Origin: a candidate division WOR-3 bacterium
GTDB lineage: Bacteria > Hydrothermota > Tepidihabitantia > Tepidihabitantales > Tepidihabitantaceae
NCBI GenBank assembly: GCA_039801225.1
Contig: JBDRUH010000005.1
Coordinates: forward strand, 21,504 to 51,680
Length of the DNA stretch: 30,177 nucleotides
Direction of reading: 5' to 3'
Below are positions 9,772-19,580 of the stretch, piece after piece (positions within the stretch are counted from its first letter, which is position 1; each line of letters opens with the position of its first letter). The notes under the pieces are model-generated. The model saw only the letters and a list, made by a program, of their open reading frames with translations, was not told where the DNA came from and did not search any database. Made by a program: the position numbers and the translations under genes.

Positions 9772-11166
9772 AGTCGGAGTTGCCGCGGATTTCACTTAAA
9801 ATCTCAATTTTCTTAAGTCCGGCATCGGCAATAAGCCCTTGCCCGGAAACCTTTCCTTTGACAGAGATAATTGTCACCGGCGCGTCGGTATATACCTGTT
9901 GCCGGGCGTTGTTCCACATCAGAGAGTCGGTAAGTAGAACAGTAGAATCGGCGGTCTCCACCCTGACATTGTCCCGGGCAATTAAATTTTGGGTTTTTGT
10001 CCACATAACTCCGGTAGCGGCGGTAAGGACGGCGGTAGTTGCCCCGTTTTCTTCATAGAAGACAACTCGGGGGTTTTGAACATCTATTCTACCCTCGGAC
10101 TCAAACACCGACGCCTCGGATGCCATCAGAGTATAGAGCGGTCTTCCGGTCATAGATTCATGTAGGGTGAAGTCTTTCACTACCTGGTCGGGCAGGTTTT
10201 GAAGTGATTTTTCCGGTATAGCCTCTTTGCAGGCGCTAAGGAAAAGGGACAAACAGAGGAAAAGGGCAAGACCGAGTTTTGTCTTCCGTCTGCGGTTCCT
10301 CAGTAATATCAAGAGGGACCGAAGACCGAAGACCGGGGACCGGGGACCGCCTTCCGCCTTCCGCCTTCCGCCTTCCCTCCCACCGCGGCTGTTTAATGCA
10401 CCCGCCTTTCCCCAGAATACCCATTCCTCGGGATGTTGGCGGACCAAATGGATTAGCGCTTTTAGGGCATCTGCCCCATCACCCGGAGGAAAAATCTTGA
10501 CCTTGGGTCGTCCGTTTTCTAAGTAAGAAAAGACCGGGATTGTGCTCCCTATTTGAAAGGGAAGAGATGGCAGTCGCATCGCTATTCCTTCCGCCTCTAA
10601 CCACATTTGCTTTCCTTGACTGGTGTTATCCAGAACAAAGCCGATAAGGGATGAAGGGTAACGAGAGTATGCGGCATATAGACTCCTCACATTTGTGACA
10701 ATTTTAATCCCCGGGGTTGAGGTTCGAATCGTGGAAAGGAACTTTTCTATAAGTGGACTTCGTTGCCGGGAAACAACCAATATAACCAGAGCATTTTTTG
10801 GGGCAAATATATGGGGTAAAAACTCCCAGAGTCCAAAGTGATATGAAACCATAATACGGTGTTGCGCATCGGACATTAAACACTGATTATTTTCGGCATA
10901 AATAACTGCCCTGTCAATAAGTTCAAAAACCTTTTTTGTGCCGATTCTTGCCATCAGCGTAAAATTTCTACCCAGACGCCAGGCGTTTTTTAGCCAGAAC
11001 CATTTCCGGGAGTTGCCAAAAATTAACCGGTAGTTGGCAAGAATTTCTTCCCGGTAGTCCTTTCGGATTACAAGGTAAAGAATAAGGATGGCGCGGGAGA
11101 GAAGAAGGGCGATATCAAAAGGTAGCGCCCGGAGGAGAAAAAGGGGAAAACCGAGAAGAAAATCCA

Positions 11167-11167
<1 letters not shown>
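9755..11167 (-). CDS. Fusion of an LpxL/HtrB-family acyltransferase and LptC (LPS export periplasmic protein)
   Basis: N-terminal ~255 aa with HFGLWE and RQHPEEWVFW motifs. Then a repeat-derived linker, RNRRRKTK plus hydrophobic segment plus LSAC lipobox (Cys313), then an LptC-like domain (LLTDSLMWNN...VYTDAPVTI...GQGLIAD). No in-frame stop between the two parts. Confidence 0.8.
10317..10379. repeat. Nine-unit heptamer array inside the lpxL-lptC fusion
   Basis: gaccgaa x2, gaccggg x2, gaccgcc, ttccgcc x3, ttccctc. 63 bp = 21 codons. Confidence 0.95.
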
Positions 11168-12945
<1,778 letters not shown>

Positions 12946-12946
<1 letters not shown>

Positions 12947-13062
12947 TATCCCTGACGCTGGTTGTGTTTGGGCTCCCGCTTGCAGATAATCCGCACCACC
13001 CCTTTCCGTTTCACAACCACGCAGTGAACACACCGCTTTTTTACACTGGAGCGCACCTTCAT
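12946..13062 (-). CDS. rpmJ: 50S ribosomal protein L36, zinc-ribbon (C+) form; not in ORF track
   Basis: [47 protein letters not shown], follows infA. Confidence 0.98.
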
Positions 13063-13107
13063 ATATACTCCTTTCATTCTCTCGGCTGTTGACCGTCAGC
13101 CGTTTTT

Positions 13108-13326
13108 TTACTTGAACCGGTAGACAATTCTCCCCCGGGAAAGGTCATAGGGCGAAAGTTCTACCGTCACCCGGTCACCGGGTAGAATCCTGATCCAGTG
13201 CATTCGCATCTTGCCGGAGATGTGGGCGAGGACAATCTGCCCACTGTCCAGCTGCACCCGAAAAGTGGCATTGGGCAGCGCCTCGGTTACCACACCTTCA
13301 ACCTGAATTACATCCTTCTTTGCCAT
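13108..13326 (-). CDS. infA: Translation initiation factor IF-1
   Basis: [11 protein letters not shown]...LPNATFRV...HISGKMR...[21 protein letters not shown]. Confidence 0.98.
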   Translation of the reverse strand: MAKKDVIQVEGVVTEALPNATFRVQLDSGQIVLAHISGKMRMHWIRILPGDRVTVELSPYDLSRGRIVYRFK

Positions 13327-13327
13327 A

Positions 13328-13471
13328 TCAGTCAGACTTCCGCATTACGGATTCTACATTACTTCCGCATTCCGCATTCCGCATTCTCAATACGAAACTG
13401 GTGATAGGAGTGTTTGCAAACCTAAAGGTTTGCCCTACTATACCGGGGAACTGTTTTTCCGCATTCCGCAT
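13328..13471 (-). CDS. Putative 47-aa bridging mini-ORF between map and infA
   Basis: ATG 15 nt after the map stop, in the map frame. [50 protein letters not shown] ends 1 nt before the infA ATG. Translation is unproven. Confidence 0.3.
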   Translation of the reverse strand: MRNAEKQFPGIVGQTFRFANTPITSFVLRMRNAECGSNVESVMRKSD

Positions 13472-13485
13472 TCCGCATTCCCCAT
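13338..13485. repeat. Two TTCCGCA heptamer arrays flanking a REP-like hairpin
   Basis: ttccgca x3 at 13363-13383 and at 13457-13477, plus degenerate units. Confidence 0.9.
13416..13438 (-). repeat. GTAG-type REP-like palindrome
   Basis: Minus strand GTAG-G-GCAAACCT-TT-AGGTTTGC: perfect 8-bp inverted repeat preceded by GTAG. Confidence 0.65.
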
Positions 13486-13486
13486 T

Positions 13487-14233
13487 TTAGATAGTAAGTA
13501 TCTCCGGTTTTCCGTCGGTAATCAAGACCGTATTCTCATAATGGGCAGAGGGTTTGCCGTCAACTGTAACCACGGTCCAACCGTTTTTTAATGTCTTTAC
13601 CTCATAAGAGCCCATATTCACCATTGGCTCAATCGCCAGCGTCATCCCTTTGACCAACTTCGCGCCCTTTCCAGGAGTGCCGAAGTTCGGAACTGATGGC
13701 TCTTCATGGAGTTCAATCCCGACACCGTGCCCGTGTAACTCCCGAACTACTGAAAACCCTTCACTCTCAACAAATTTTTGAATCGCATTACTGATGTCAC
13801 CAACCCGATAGCCCACCCGGGCAAACTCCAGCGCCTTTTCAAAGGCGTGTTTGGTCACTTTTATTAAATGAAGAACCTCGGGTCTAACTCTACCAACCGT
13901 AAAAGTCCGGGCGGCATCAGCAATATACCCATCCCTGGTCACCCCAATATCAATTTTCACGATATCACCTTCCTCAAGAACCCGGGAGTCGGGAATGCCG
14001 TGCACCACCTCTTCATTCACGCTGATGCACACTGCGGCAGGAAACCCCCGGTAACCGAGAAAGGTTGGTTTGCCACCCTGGCGCCGAATCTCCTGAACAC
14101 AGACATCCTCCAGTTCCTTAAGGCTCACCCCGGATGCCACCCTTTCTTCTATCAGCCGTAAAACCTGAGCCACAATTCTACCCGCCTCTCTTATTCCTGC
14201 CACTTCGTTTAAAGTTTTGATATAAAGCGCCAT
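13487..14233 (-). CDS. map: Methionine aminopeptidase type I
   Basis: CISVNEEVVHGIP, DIVKIDIG..DGYIADAART, GHGVG..LHEEP, LAIEPM, SAHYENT. Confidence 0.97.
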   Translation of the reverse strand: MALYIKTLNEVAGIREAGRIVAQVLRLIEERVASGVSLKELEDVCVQEIRRQGGKPTFLGYRGFPAAVCISVNEEVVHGIPDSRVLEEGDIVKIDIGVTRDGYIADAARTFTVGRVRPEVLHLIKVTKHAFEKALEFARVGYRVGDISNAIQKFVESEGFSVVRELHGHGVGIELHEEPSVPNFGTPGKGAKLVKGMTLAIEPMVNMGSYEVKTLKNGWTVVTVDGKPSAHYENTVLITDGKPEILTI

Positions 14234-14271
14234 TCTTCATTCCGCTTTTTCTCCGGAGTCATACCTTTTTC

Positions 14272-14943
14272 TTACCTTTTCGGCAAGGTATTAAATAACT
14301 GGTTTAAAAGTTCAAAGACCCGGTCTCTACCCAAAGCACCATCTATTTTGTGCAGCTTACCTTGCCGTTCATAATATTCAATAAGCGGGGCGGTCTGTTT
14401 TTTGTAAACATCCAGTCGCTGGCGAATTGTCTCCTCCCGGTCATCATCCCGTTGATAAAGTTCTCCCTCACAATTGTCACAGACCCCTTCTTTTTTCGGC
14501 GGGCTGAAGAGAAGGTTATAAATCTTACCGCACCGGGCGCACTGTCTTCTACTGGAAAGCCGACGCACCACCTCCTCATCACTTAAATCAATCAACACCG
14601 CCAGCGTCAGTTCTAATCCTTGGTGTGAGAGTAGTTTGTCCAGACCCTCTGCCTGCGGAACCGTCCGGGGAAAGCCATCAAAAACGATTGACCGGTTTAT
14701 TTTTTCTTTTACAAAACCTGCGACCACCTCCAGGACCACCTCATCGGGCACCAGTCCGCCACTAACCACAAACTCTCTAACCTTCTTTCCCAGGGGCGTG
14801 CCCTTCTTTATCTCGTTCCGGAAAACCTCGCCGGTAGAAAAGTGGCTAAACCCTATCTTCTGGGCAAGCAGTTCCGCCTGCGTTCCCTTGCCTGAGCCGG
14901 GTGGTCCAAGAAGAACCAAAAGAATGCCATTTTTTTCATTCAT
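14272..14943 (-). CDS. adk: Adenylate kinase with a zinc-binding LID
   Basis: GPPGSGKGTQA, DGFPRT, CARCG...CDNC, QRDDD. Confidence 0.97.
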   Translation of the reverse strand: MNEKNGILLVLLGPPGSGKGTQAELLAQKIGFSHFSTGEVFRNEIKKGTPLGKKVREFVVSGGLVPDEVVLEVVAGFVKEKINRSIVFDGFPRTVPQAEGLDKLLSHQGLELTLAVLIDLSDEEVVRRLSSRRQCARCGKIYNLLFSPPKKEGVCDNCEGELYQRDDDREETIRQRLDVYKKQTAPLIEYYERQGKLHKIDGALGRDRVFELLNQLFNTLPKR

Positions 14944-14955
14944 AATTTAAGGTGA

Positions 14956-14983
14956 AGTATATCTCCTCTTCGCCAGAAGTCAA
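14956..14983 (-). promoter_or_regulatory. Sigma70-type promoter of the adk operon
   Basis: TTGACT-N16-TATACT, ending 12 nt before the adk ATG. Confidence 0.65.
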
Positions 14984-15032
14984 AAGAGGCTATGATGCGT
15001 ATACCGTCCCCCCTCATCCGTCTTCGCCGTGA

Positions 15033-15061
15033 TTGACTTCTTAAAAAAATAGGTGTATATT
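15033..15061 (+). promoter_or_regulatory. Sigma70-type promoter of the DOMON gene (probably leaderless)
   Basis: TTGACT-N17-TATATT, 6 nt before ATG 15068. Confidence 0.7.
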
Positions 15062-15067
15062 CAACTG

Positions 15068-15760
15068 ATGAGAAGAATAATCGCCTTGATTTTATCGGTG
15101 TTTTTTATCCCTGTGATGAGAGTAAATGCCCAGTCGGCAAATCTAAGGGAGGAGAAAAATCCTTTGCTGGTTGTACCGTATGACTCCTTGATGGAGGACC
15201 GGGTGAGTATTGATGGGTATGTTGACATAGAAGAGGAGGAGTATCCGGGAAGGTTTTCTGACCCAGCCACCGGCATTGTTGTCAACTGGGGCTATGACGA
15301 CAGCCTCATCTATGTCGCCTTAGAGGCAAAGGGCAAAGGCTGGCTGGCAATTGGCTTCGGCTCACCGTTAATGGACGGCGCAAATATGTTTCTCGGCTAC
15401 TACACCGATGATTCGGCAGTGGTGGCTAATTATGTTGGTGTCAAACACACCCACGCACCGGCAAAGGGCAACGAGAACTTGCTTGATGATTGGGAGGTTG
15501 ATTACGACGACGAGACCAACATCACCACAGTTGAGTTTGCCTATCCATTGCGCTGGGAGGGGCTGAAAGGGGTAAAGATTTCTGGACTGGTTCCCGGAGA
15601 GGTTTATGACCTAATTCTCGGCCGTAACCCAAAGAGTTCCTCTTTTTCCACTAAGCACAGCCAGAGGTCCCATTACCGGTTTACCCTGGCCGTCAAACCC
15701 GAACCCCAGCCTATCCCGGAAGAAAAACCGAAAGAGAAATCGTCCAATATGGACAATTGA
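15068..15760 (+). CDS. Secreted DOMON-domain protein
   Basis: Signal peptide MRRIIALILSVFFIPVMRVNA, GWLAIGFG..LMDGANMFLGY DOMON signature, C-terminal KH. ATG 15068 is preferred over GTG 15053, which overlaps the promoter. Confidence 0.8.
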   Translation: MRRIIALILSVFFIPVMRVNAQSANLREEKNPLLVVPYDSLMEDRVSIDGYVDIEEEEYPGRFSDPATGIVVNWGYDDSLIYVALEAKGKGWLAIGFGSPLMDGANMFLGYYTDDSAVVANYVGVKHTHAPAKGNENLLDDWEVDYDDETNITTVEFAYPLRWEGLKGVKISGLVPGEVYDLILGRNPKSSSFSTKHSQRSHYRFTLAVKPEPQPIPEEKPKEKSSNMDN

Positions 15761-16485
15761 ACGGTCTCTTTTCCGCGCCGCTGATTCTTGCGGTCTGCAC
15801 TCATTCCTCATTTGCCGATTTAGTGAAAAGAACCTCCGCGGCAGAGGTGGTGATAGTGGTTAACAGCGGTGGCTGGGGCAATATTCCGATTGAGCGTTGC
15901 CCTGAGGTTCTACCGATTGTCAAGGGTATTGCGGATTATCTTGACAGTTGTGGCTGGCGAGTGGTGGTGGTCCCTTTCTCCCGGGCACCGGTGGACTCTC
16001 CCGCTACCACCCCTTCGCCAATTACCCAACTGATAACAGTTGCTGAGATGTTGAGTATTCACCACTCCCGGGCTCGGGCTCTTGTTCGGGAGATTGAGTC
16101 GCTTGTCCAGAGAAATCCCGACCTTCGGTTTGTACTTCTCGGGATTTCTAATGGCGCCGTATTTGTTGACCAGGCAACAGGACTGCTTTCGCCACTCGCT
16201 GACAGCCGGGTGGTGGCGATTGAGATTGGTCCTCCCTCCTGGCATGGGAGATATAAAGCAGAAAATATCCTCCAGTTGGACAACGAAGGGCAAGACCCAT
16301 TAACTCAAGGAAAATTTGAGGAGGTTTTTGCCAGCCTCTTAGGAGGGTTTATGAAGTTTGCCTTTAATTTATTTACCGGCAACCCAACCCGTTTTGAAGA
16401 GATATGGCATATTCCCGGGCATGATTACCCCTGGGAGGCGATTCGCCACAAAGTTTGCCTTTTTCTTTCCCAATCTTTCAACTAA
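15757..16485 (+). CDS. Hypothetical alpha/beta-hydrolase-like protein
   Basis: GISNG nucleophile-elbow-like motif, later DPL and GHDY (Ser-Asp-His order). TTG start overlaps the upstream stop. Confidence 0.55.
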   Translation: MNGLFSAPLILAVCTHSSFADLVKRTSAAEVVIVVNSGGWGNIPIERCPEVLPIVKGIADYLDSCGWRVVVVPFSRAPVDSPATTPSPITQLITVAEMLSIHHSRARALVREIESLVQRNPDLRFVLLGISNGAVFVDQATGLLSPLADSRVVAIEIGPPSWHGRYKAENILQLDNEGQDPLTQGKFEEVFASLLGGFMKFAFNLFTGNPTRFEEIWHIPGHDYPWEAIRHKVCLFLSQSFN

Positions 16486-16489
16486 AAAA

Positions 16490-16585
16490 TTGTCGGGCAA
16501 GCCCCTCGGCTCCGTCACGCCGACCGAGCCCCCTCACCCCACAACAGTGCGAAGCAATCCTGCGGGTCGGGCTTGGGACAGGGGT
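16490..16585. repeat. Structured REP/MITE-like element, copy 1
   Basis: Ends can pair (tgtc..caagccc / gggcttg..gaca). Shares ccctcg..ccgtca..ccga, gcgaagcaatc, gggtcggg and gggacagg with 29534-29695. Confidence 0.55.
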
Positions 16586-16612
16586 TAAAATGTAGCTGAC
16601 TTATACATTGCC

Positions 16613-16641
16613 TTGACTGATGACAAAAAGATTCTTATAAT
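16613..16641 (+). promoter_or_regulatory. Sigma70-type promoter of the rpmH operon
   Basis: TTGACT-N17-TATAAT, enclosed in a perfect 10-bp inverted repeat (16611-16620 / 16642-16651). Confidence 0.85.
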
Positions 16642-16659
16642 TCAGTCAAGGATAAAAAT

Positions 16660-16797
16660 ATGCCCAAAAGAACTTATCAACCATCAAAGATACATCGGAA
16701 GCGGGTTCACGGTTTCCGTGCCCGAATGAAGAGCCCGGGCGGAAGAAAGGTGATCGCCAACCGCCGTAGGAAAGGGCGCTACCGCCTAACCGTATGA
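16660..16797 (+). CDS. rpmH: 50S ribosomal protein L34; not in ORF track
   Basis: [45 protein letters not shown]. Confidence 0.98.
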   Translation: MPKRTYQPSKIHRKRVHGFRARMKSPGGRKVIANRRRKGRYRLTV

Positions 16798-16817
16798 ATT
16801 AACCGGTACCCAACCGG

Positions 16818-17225
16818 ATGCAAAAAATAACCGAACAAAAGGTGAAAGGCGGCGAGACTCTGAAACGGTGGGAAATTGTCCGGCGTCGCCGGGACCTGAG
16901 GGTGATTATGCTTTGCGGAGAAAAAGTTACCGGCGGCACGCTTTCGCTATACTACTATAATCAAGAAAATCTTCGGCTTTCCCATTCTGGTGTCCCGCCT
17001 CGCCCTACCCGCCGGGTGGCGTTTCTTTTGAATCACCGAATTAAAGGTGCCGTTATTCGCAACCGGCTCAAGCGTCGGCTAAGGGAGATATTCCGGAGAA
17101 ATAAGGAATGGTTTCCTTCGGGATTTGATTATGTTATTAAGGTAGGAGCAAATGCCGCGGAACTGAACTTTCACCGTCTTGCCGAAGAGTTGCACTCCCT
17201 TGCGGAAAGGATAAAGGCGTGTTGA
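16818..17225 (+). CDS. rnpA: Ribonuclease P protein component
   Basis: [21 protein letters not shown] motif; synteny after rpmH. Confidence 0.93.
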   Translation: MQKITEQKVKGGETLKRWEIVRRRRDLRVIMLCGEKVTGGTLSLYYYNQENLRLSHSGVPPRPTRRVAFLLNHRIKGAVIRNRLKRRLREIFRRNKEWFPSGFDYVIKVGANAAELNFHRLAEELHSLAERIKAC

Positions 17226-17488
17226 ACTATATTTTCCGAACATTCATCCGGGGGTATCAATACACCATCGGGACAGTTTTGCCTAACTCCTGTCGTTTTA
17301 CCCCTAGCTGTTCTGAATACACCTACCAGGCGCTCAGCCAGTATGGATTAAAAGAAGGCTCGCTCCTGGCACTCAGACGCATCCTCCGCTGTCATCCTTT
17401 TTCTCAGGGTGGTTATGACCCGGTGCCGGAAAAAAGTGAGGTCAGGGCAAAGGCTAAACTGCCGAAACCCAACAGCCGAAAGGGGTAG
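17219..17488 (+). CDS. yidD: Membrane protein insertion efficiency factor YidD
   Basis: [25 protein letters not shown]. Confidence 0.95.
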   Translation: MLNYIFRTFIRGYQYTIGTVLPNSCRFTPSCSEYTYQALSQYGLKEGSLLALRRILRCHPFSQGGYDPVPEKSEVRAKAKLPKPNSRKG

Positions 17489-17490
17489 AT

Positions 17491-19098
17491 TTGAGCCCGG
17501 ATAATCTGAGAATGCTCATCGGGTTTGCCCTGATATTGGTGATTTTAATACTCTGGCAGATGTTTCTACCTGGACACCGACAGACCGGCAGTAAAATGGC
17601 ACCAGCACCGGAGTCAATACCTTCACCTTCCCCTACCGAAACCGCGGTTGTCTGGCAGGAAGCGTCTCAAATTAAATCAGCCATTCCGTTAGCCGAGACC
17701 ACCATAACCTTGGAAAACGAGTTTTTAAGAGTGCAATTTACCAGTCAGGGCGGCGGACTGAAATCCTGCTCTCTAAAGAAGTATCAGGTGCAACTGGTGC
17801 CGGAAAATGGGGTTCTTCTTAAAACGGTGGAGCTGAATGGTGTATCTTACCAGAATTTACAGGTTAGTGACACCTCGGTCGCATTTAGCTATCAACTGCC
17901 CGAAGGAACTGTAGTCAAAACCTGGACAATTGAGAAAGATTACACCCTAAGGCTTAATCTTCTCTTAACAGACAGTAGAGAAGGGAGAACGGAAGGGGTA
18001 AAGGAACCTTCTTTTACCTTTGATGTTCAGGATGGCATCGCTATCACTGAAGAAAACAGAAAAGAAGATCTGGCAAACTTTCATTTCTATGCCCGTAAAG
18101 AGCGAAGTGTCCACCAGGTGGCGGTTGGTAACCTGAGGAAAAAACCGCTTGTTATCCCGGCACCAGACTGGGCAGGAGTGAAATCAAAATACTTTTTTCT
18201 TGCCCTGGTCAGTGAGGAGGGGGAGTTTGACTCTACCCAGGCTTTTGCTCTCAGTGACGGTCGGGTAGGATTTATCGCCCGAGGACACTTTCAGTCCGAG
18301 ACGCTAACGCCAAGAAGATTTCTTGTCTATCTTGGACCAATTGAATACAACCGGCTGCGTGCCTTTGGATTGGGTTTTGAGAATGTGGTCAGCCTCGGCT
18401 GGCTCAAGCCCATTGCCTTAGGGATTTTATATCTTCTGCGTCTTTTCTATCAACTGGTGCGGAACTGGGGCTGGGCGATTGTCCTGTTCTCCGGGGTGAT
18501 GAAAGGGGTATTCTATCCCTTAACCCGCACTCAGACCCGACAGATGAGGCAACTGCAACTCCTCCAGCCGAAAATTGAGGAGTTGAAGCAGAAATACAAA
18601 GACGACCCCAAAATGCTCAATCAGGAGACGATGCGCCTTTATCAATTATATAAGGTGAACCCTTTTTCTGGCTGTCTGCCGCTTATTGTCCAGATGCCGG
18701 TCTTTTTTGCCCTTTATGCGGTTCTGCGCAACTTTATTGAACTGCGCGGGGCAGGGTTTATCCTCTGGCTTAAGGACCTCTCCCAGCCCGATACCCTCTT
18801 CGGTCATATCCCTCAAGGGGTACCACTGATCGGCGGTTTTGCCATCGGTCTTTTGCCGGTTCTGATGGGGGTATCTTTTATCGGTCAGAACCTGCTCACT
18901 TCTACGGACAGGCGTAACCGGGCGATGACCTTTTTCTTTCCGATCTTTATTACAGCAATCTTTCTCAACCTTTCCAGCGGATTGCAGTTGTATTGGTTTA
19001 TATATAATATTCTCTCAATTGGCGAGAGTTTAATCGCAACTAAAGGAGGTAAATTATGGCTGAAACTGAAAAAGTCCCCGATGCGCGGGGTGAGGTAA
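17491..19098 (+). CDS. yidC: Membrane protein insertase YidC
   Basis: NWGWAIV, LQPKIEELKQKYKDD, VNPFSGCLPLIVQMPVFFALY, WLKDLSQPD, SGLQLYW. Confidence 0.97.
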   Translation: MSPDNLRMLIGFALILVILILWQMFLPGHRQTGSKMAPAPESIPSPSPTETAVVWQEASQIKSAIPLAETTITLENEFLRVQFTSQGGGLKSCSLKKYQVQLVPENGVLLKTVELNGVSYQNLQVSDTSVAFSYQLPEGTVVKTWTIEKDYTLRLNLLLTDSREGRTEGVKEPSFTFDVQDGIAITEENRKEDLANFHFYARKERSVHQVAVGNLRKKPLVIPAPDWAGVKSKYFFLALVSEEGEFDSTQAFALSDGRVGFIARGHFQSETLTPRRFLVYLGPIEYNRLRAFGLGFENVVSLGWLKPIALGILYLLRLFYQLVRNWGWAIVLFSGVMKGVFYPLTRTQTRQMRQLQLLQPKIEELKQKYKDDPKMLNQETMRLYQLYKVNPFSGCLPLIVQMPVFFALYAVLRNFIELRGAGFILWLKDLSQPDTLFGHIPQGVPLIGGFAIGLLPVLMGVSFIGQNLLTSTDRRNRAMTFFFPIFITAIFLNLSSGLQLYWFIYNILSIGESLIATKGGKLWLKLKKSPMRGVR

Positions 19099-19580
19099 AC
19101 CAACCCGAACCTGGGGTAACAACAACACCGAAGGAAATTGGTTACATTACCGATGTGGTGCAGAAATTAATCGGTTACATGGGCATCCGCGCCAAAGTGG
19201 AGGTGACAAAAGAGGGTGAAGGGTATGTTGCCAATATTAAAACCAGACACTCCGGGGCGATTCTCATTGGTAGACGGGGCGCCACTCTGAAGGCGCTCCA
19301 GCATCTGGTTCGCACAATAGTCCGGCGCGAATATCCTGAAGTGGGTGCCCTGGAGGTTGATGTCGCTGGTTATCTCAAACGACGGGACAATTTTTTAAGG
19401 AAAAAGGCGCTCGCCGTTGCCAAGATTGTTACCGAGACGCAACGGGAGATGGCGCTGGACTCATTAACCGAGAAGGAGATGGCACTGGTTCAGGAGGCGT
19501 TGAAATCTGAGGGTCTGCCGGTTCGGGTCTATGCGGTTGGGACCGGCTCCCGGCGTCAGGTGGTAATCGCGCCACAATGA
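19056..19580 (+). CDS. jag: Jag/KhpB (EloR)-like KH-domain RNA-binding protein, short form
   Basis: LIGRRGATLKALQHL KH motif, DVAGY, C-terminal G...RQVVI; synteny between yidC and mnmE. Confidence 0.8.
   Translation: MAETEKVPDARGEVNQPEPGVTTTPKEIGYITDVVQKLIGYMGIRAKVEVTKEGEGYVANIKTRHSGAILIGRRGATLKALQHLVRTIVRREYPEVGALEVDVAGYLKRRDNFLRKKALAVAKIVTETQREMALDSLTEKEMALVQEALKSEGLPVRVYAVGTGSRRQVVIAPQ

Noticed and set aside
16486..16659. oriC upstream of rpmH
   Set aside because: No TTATNCACA boxes, no dnaA and no extended AT-rich unwinding element.
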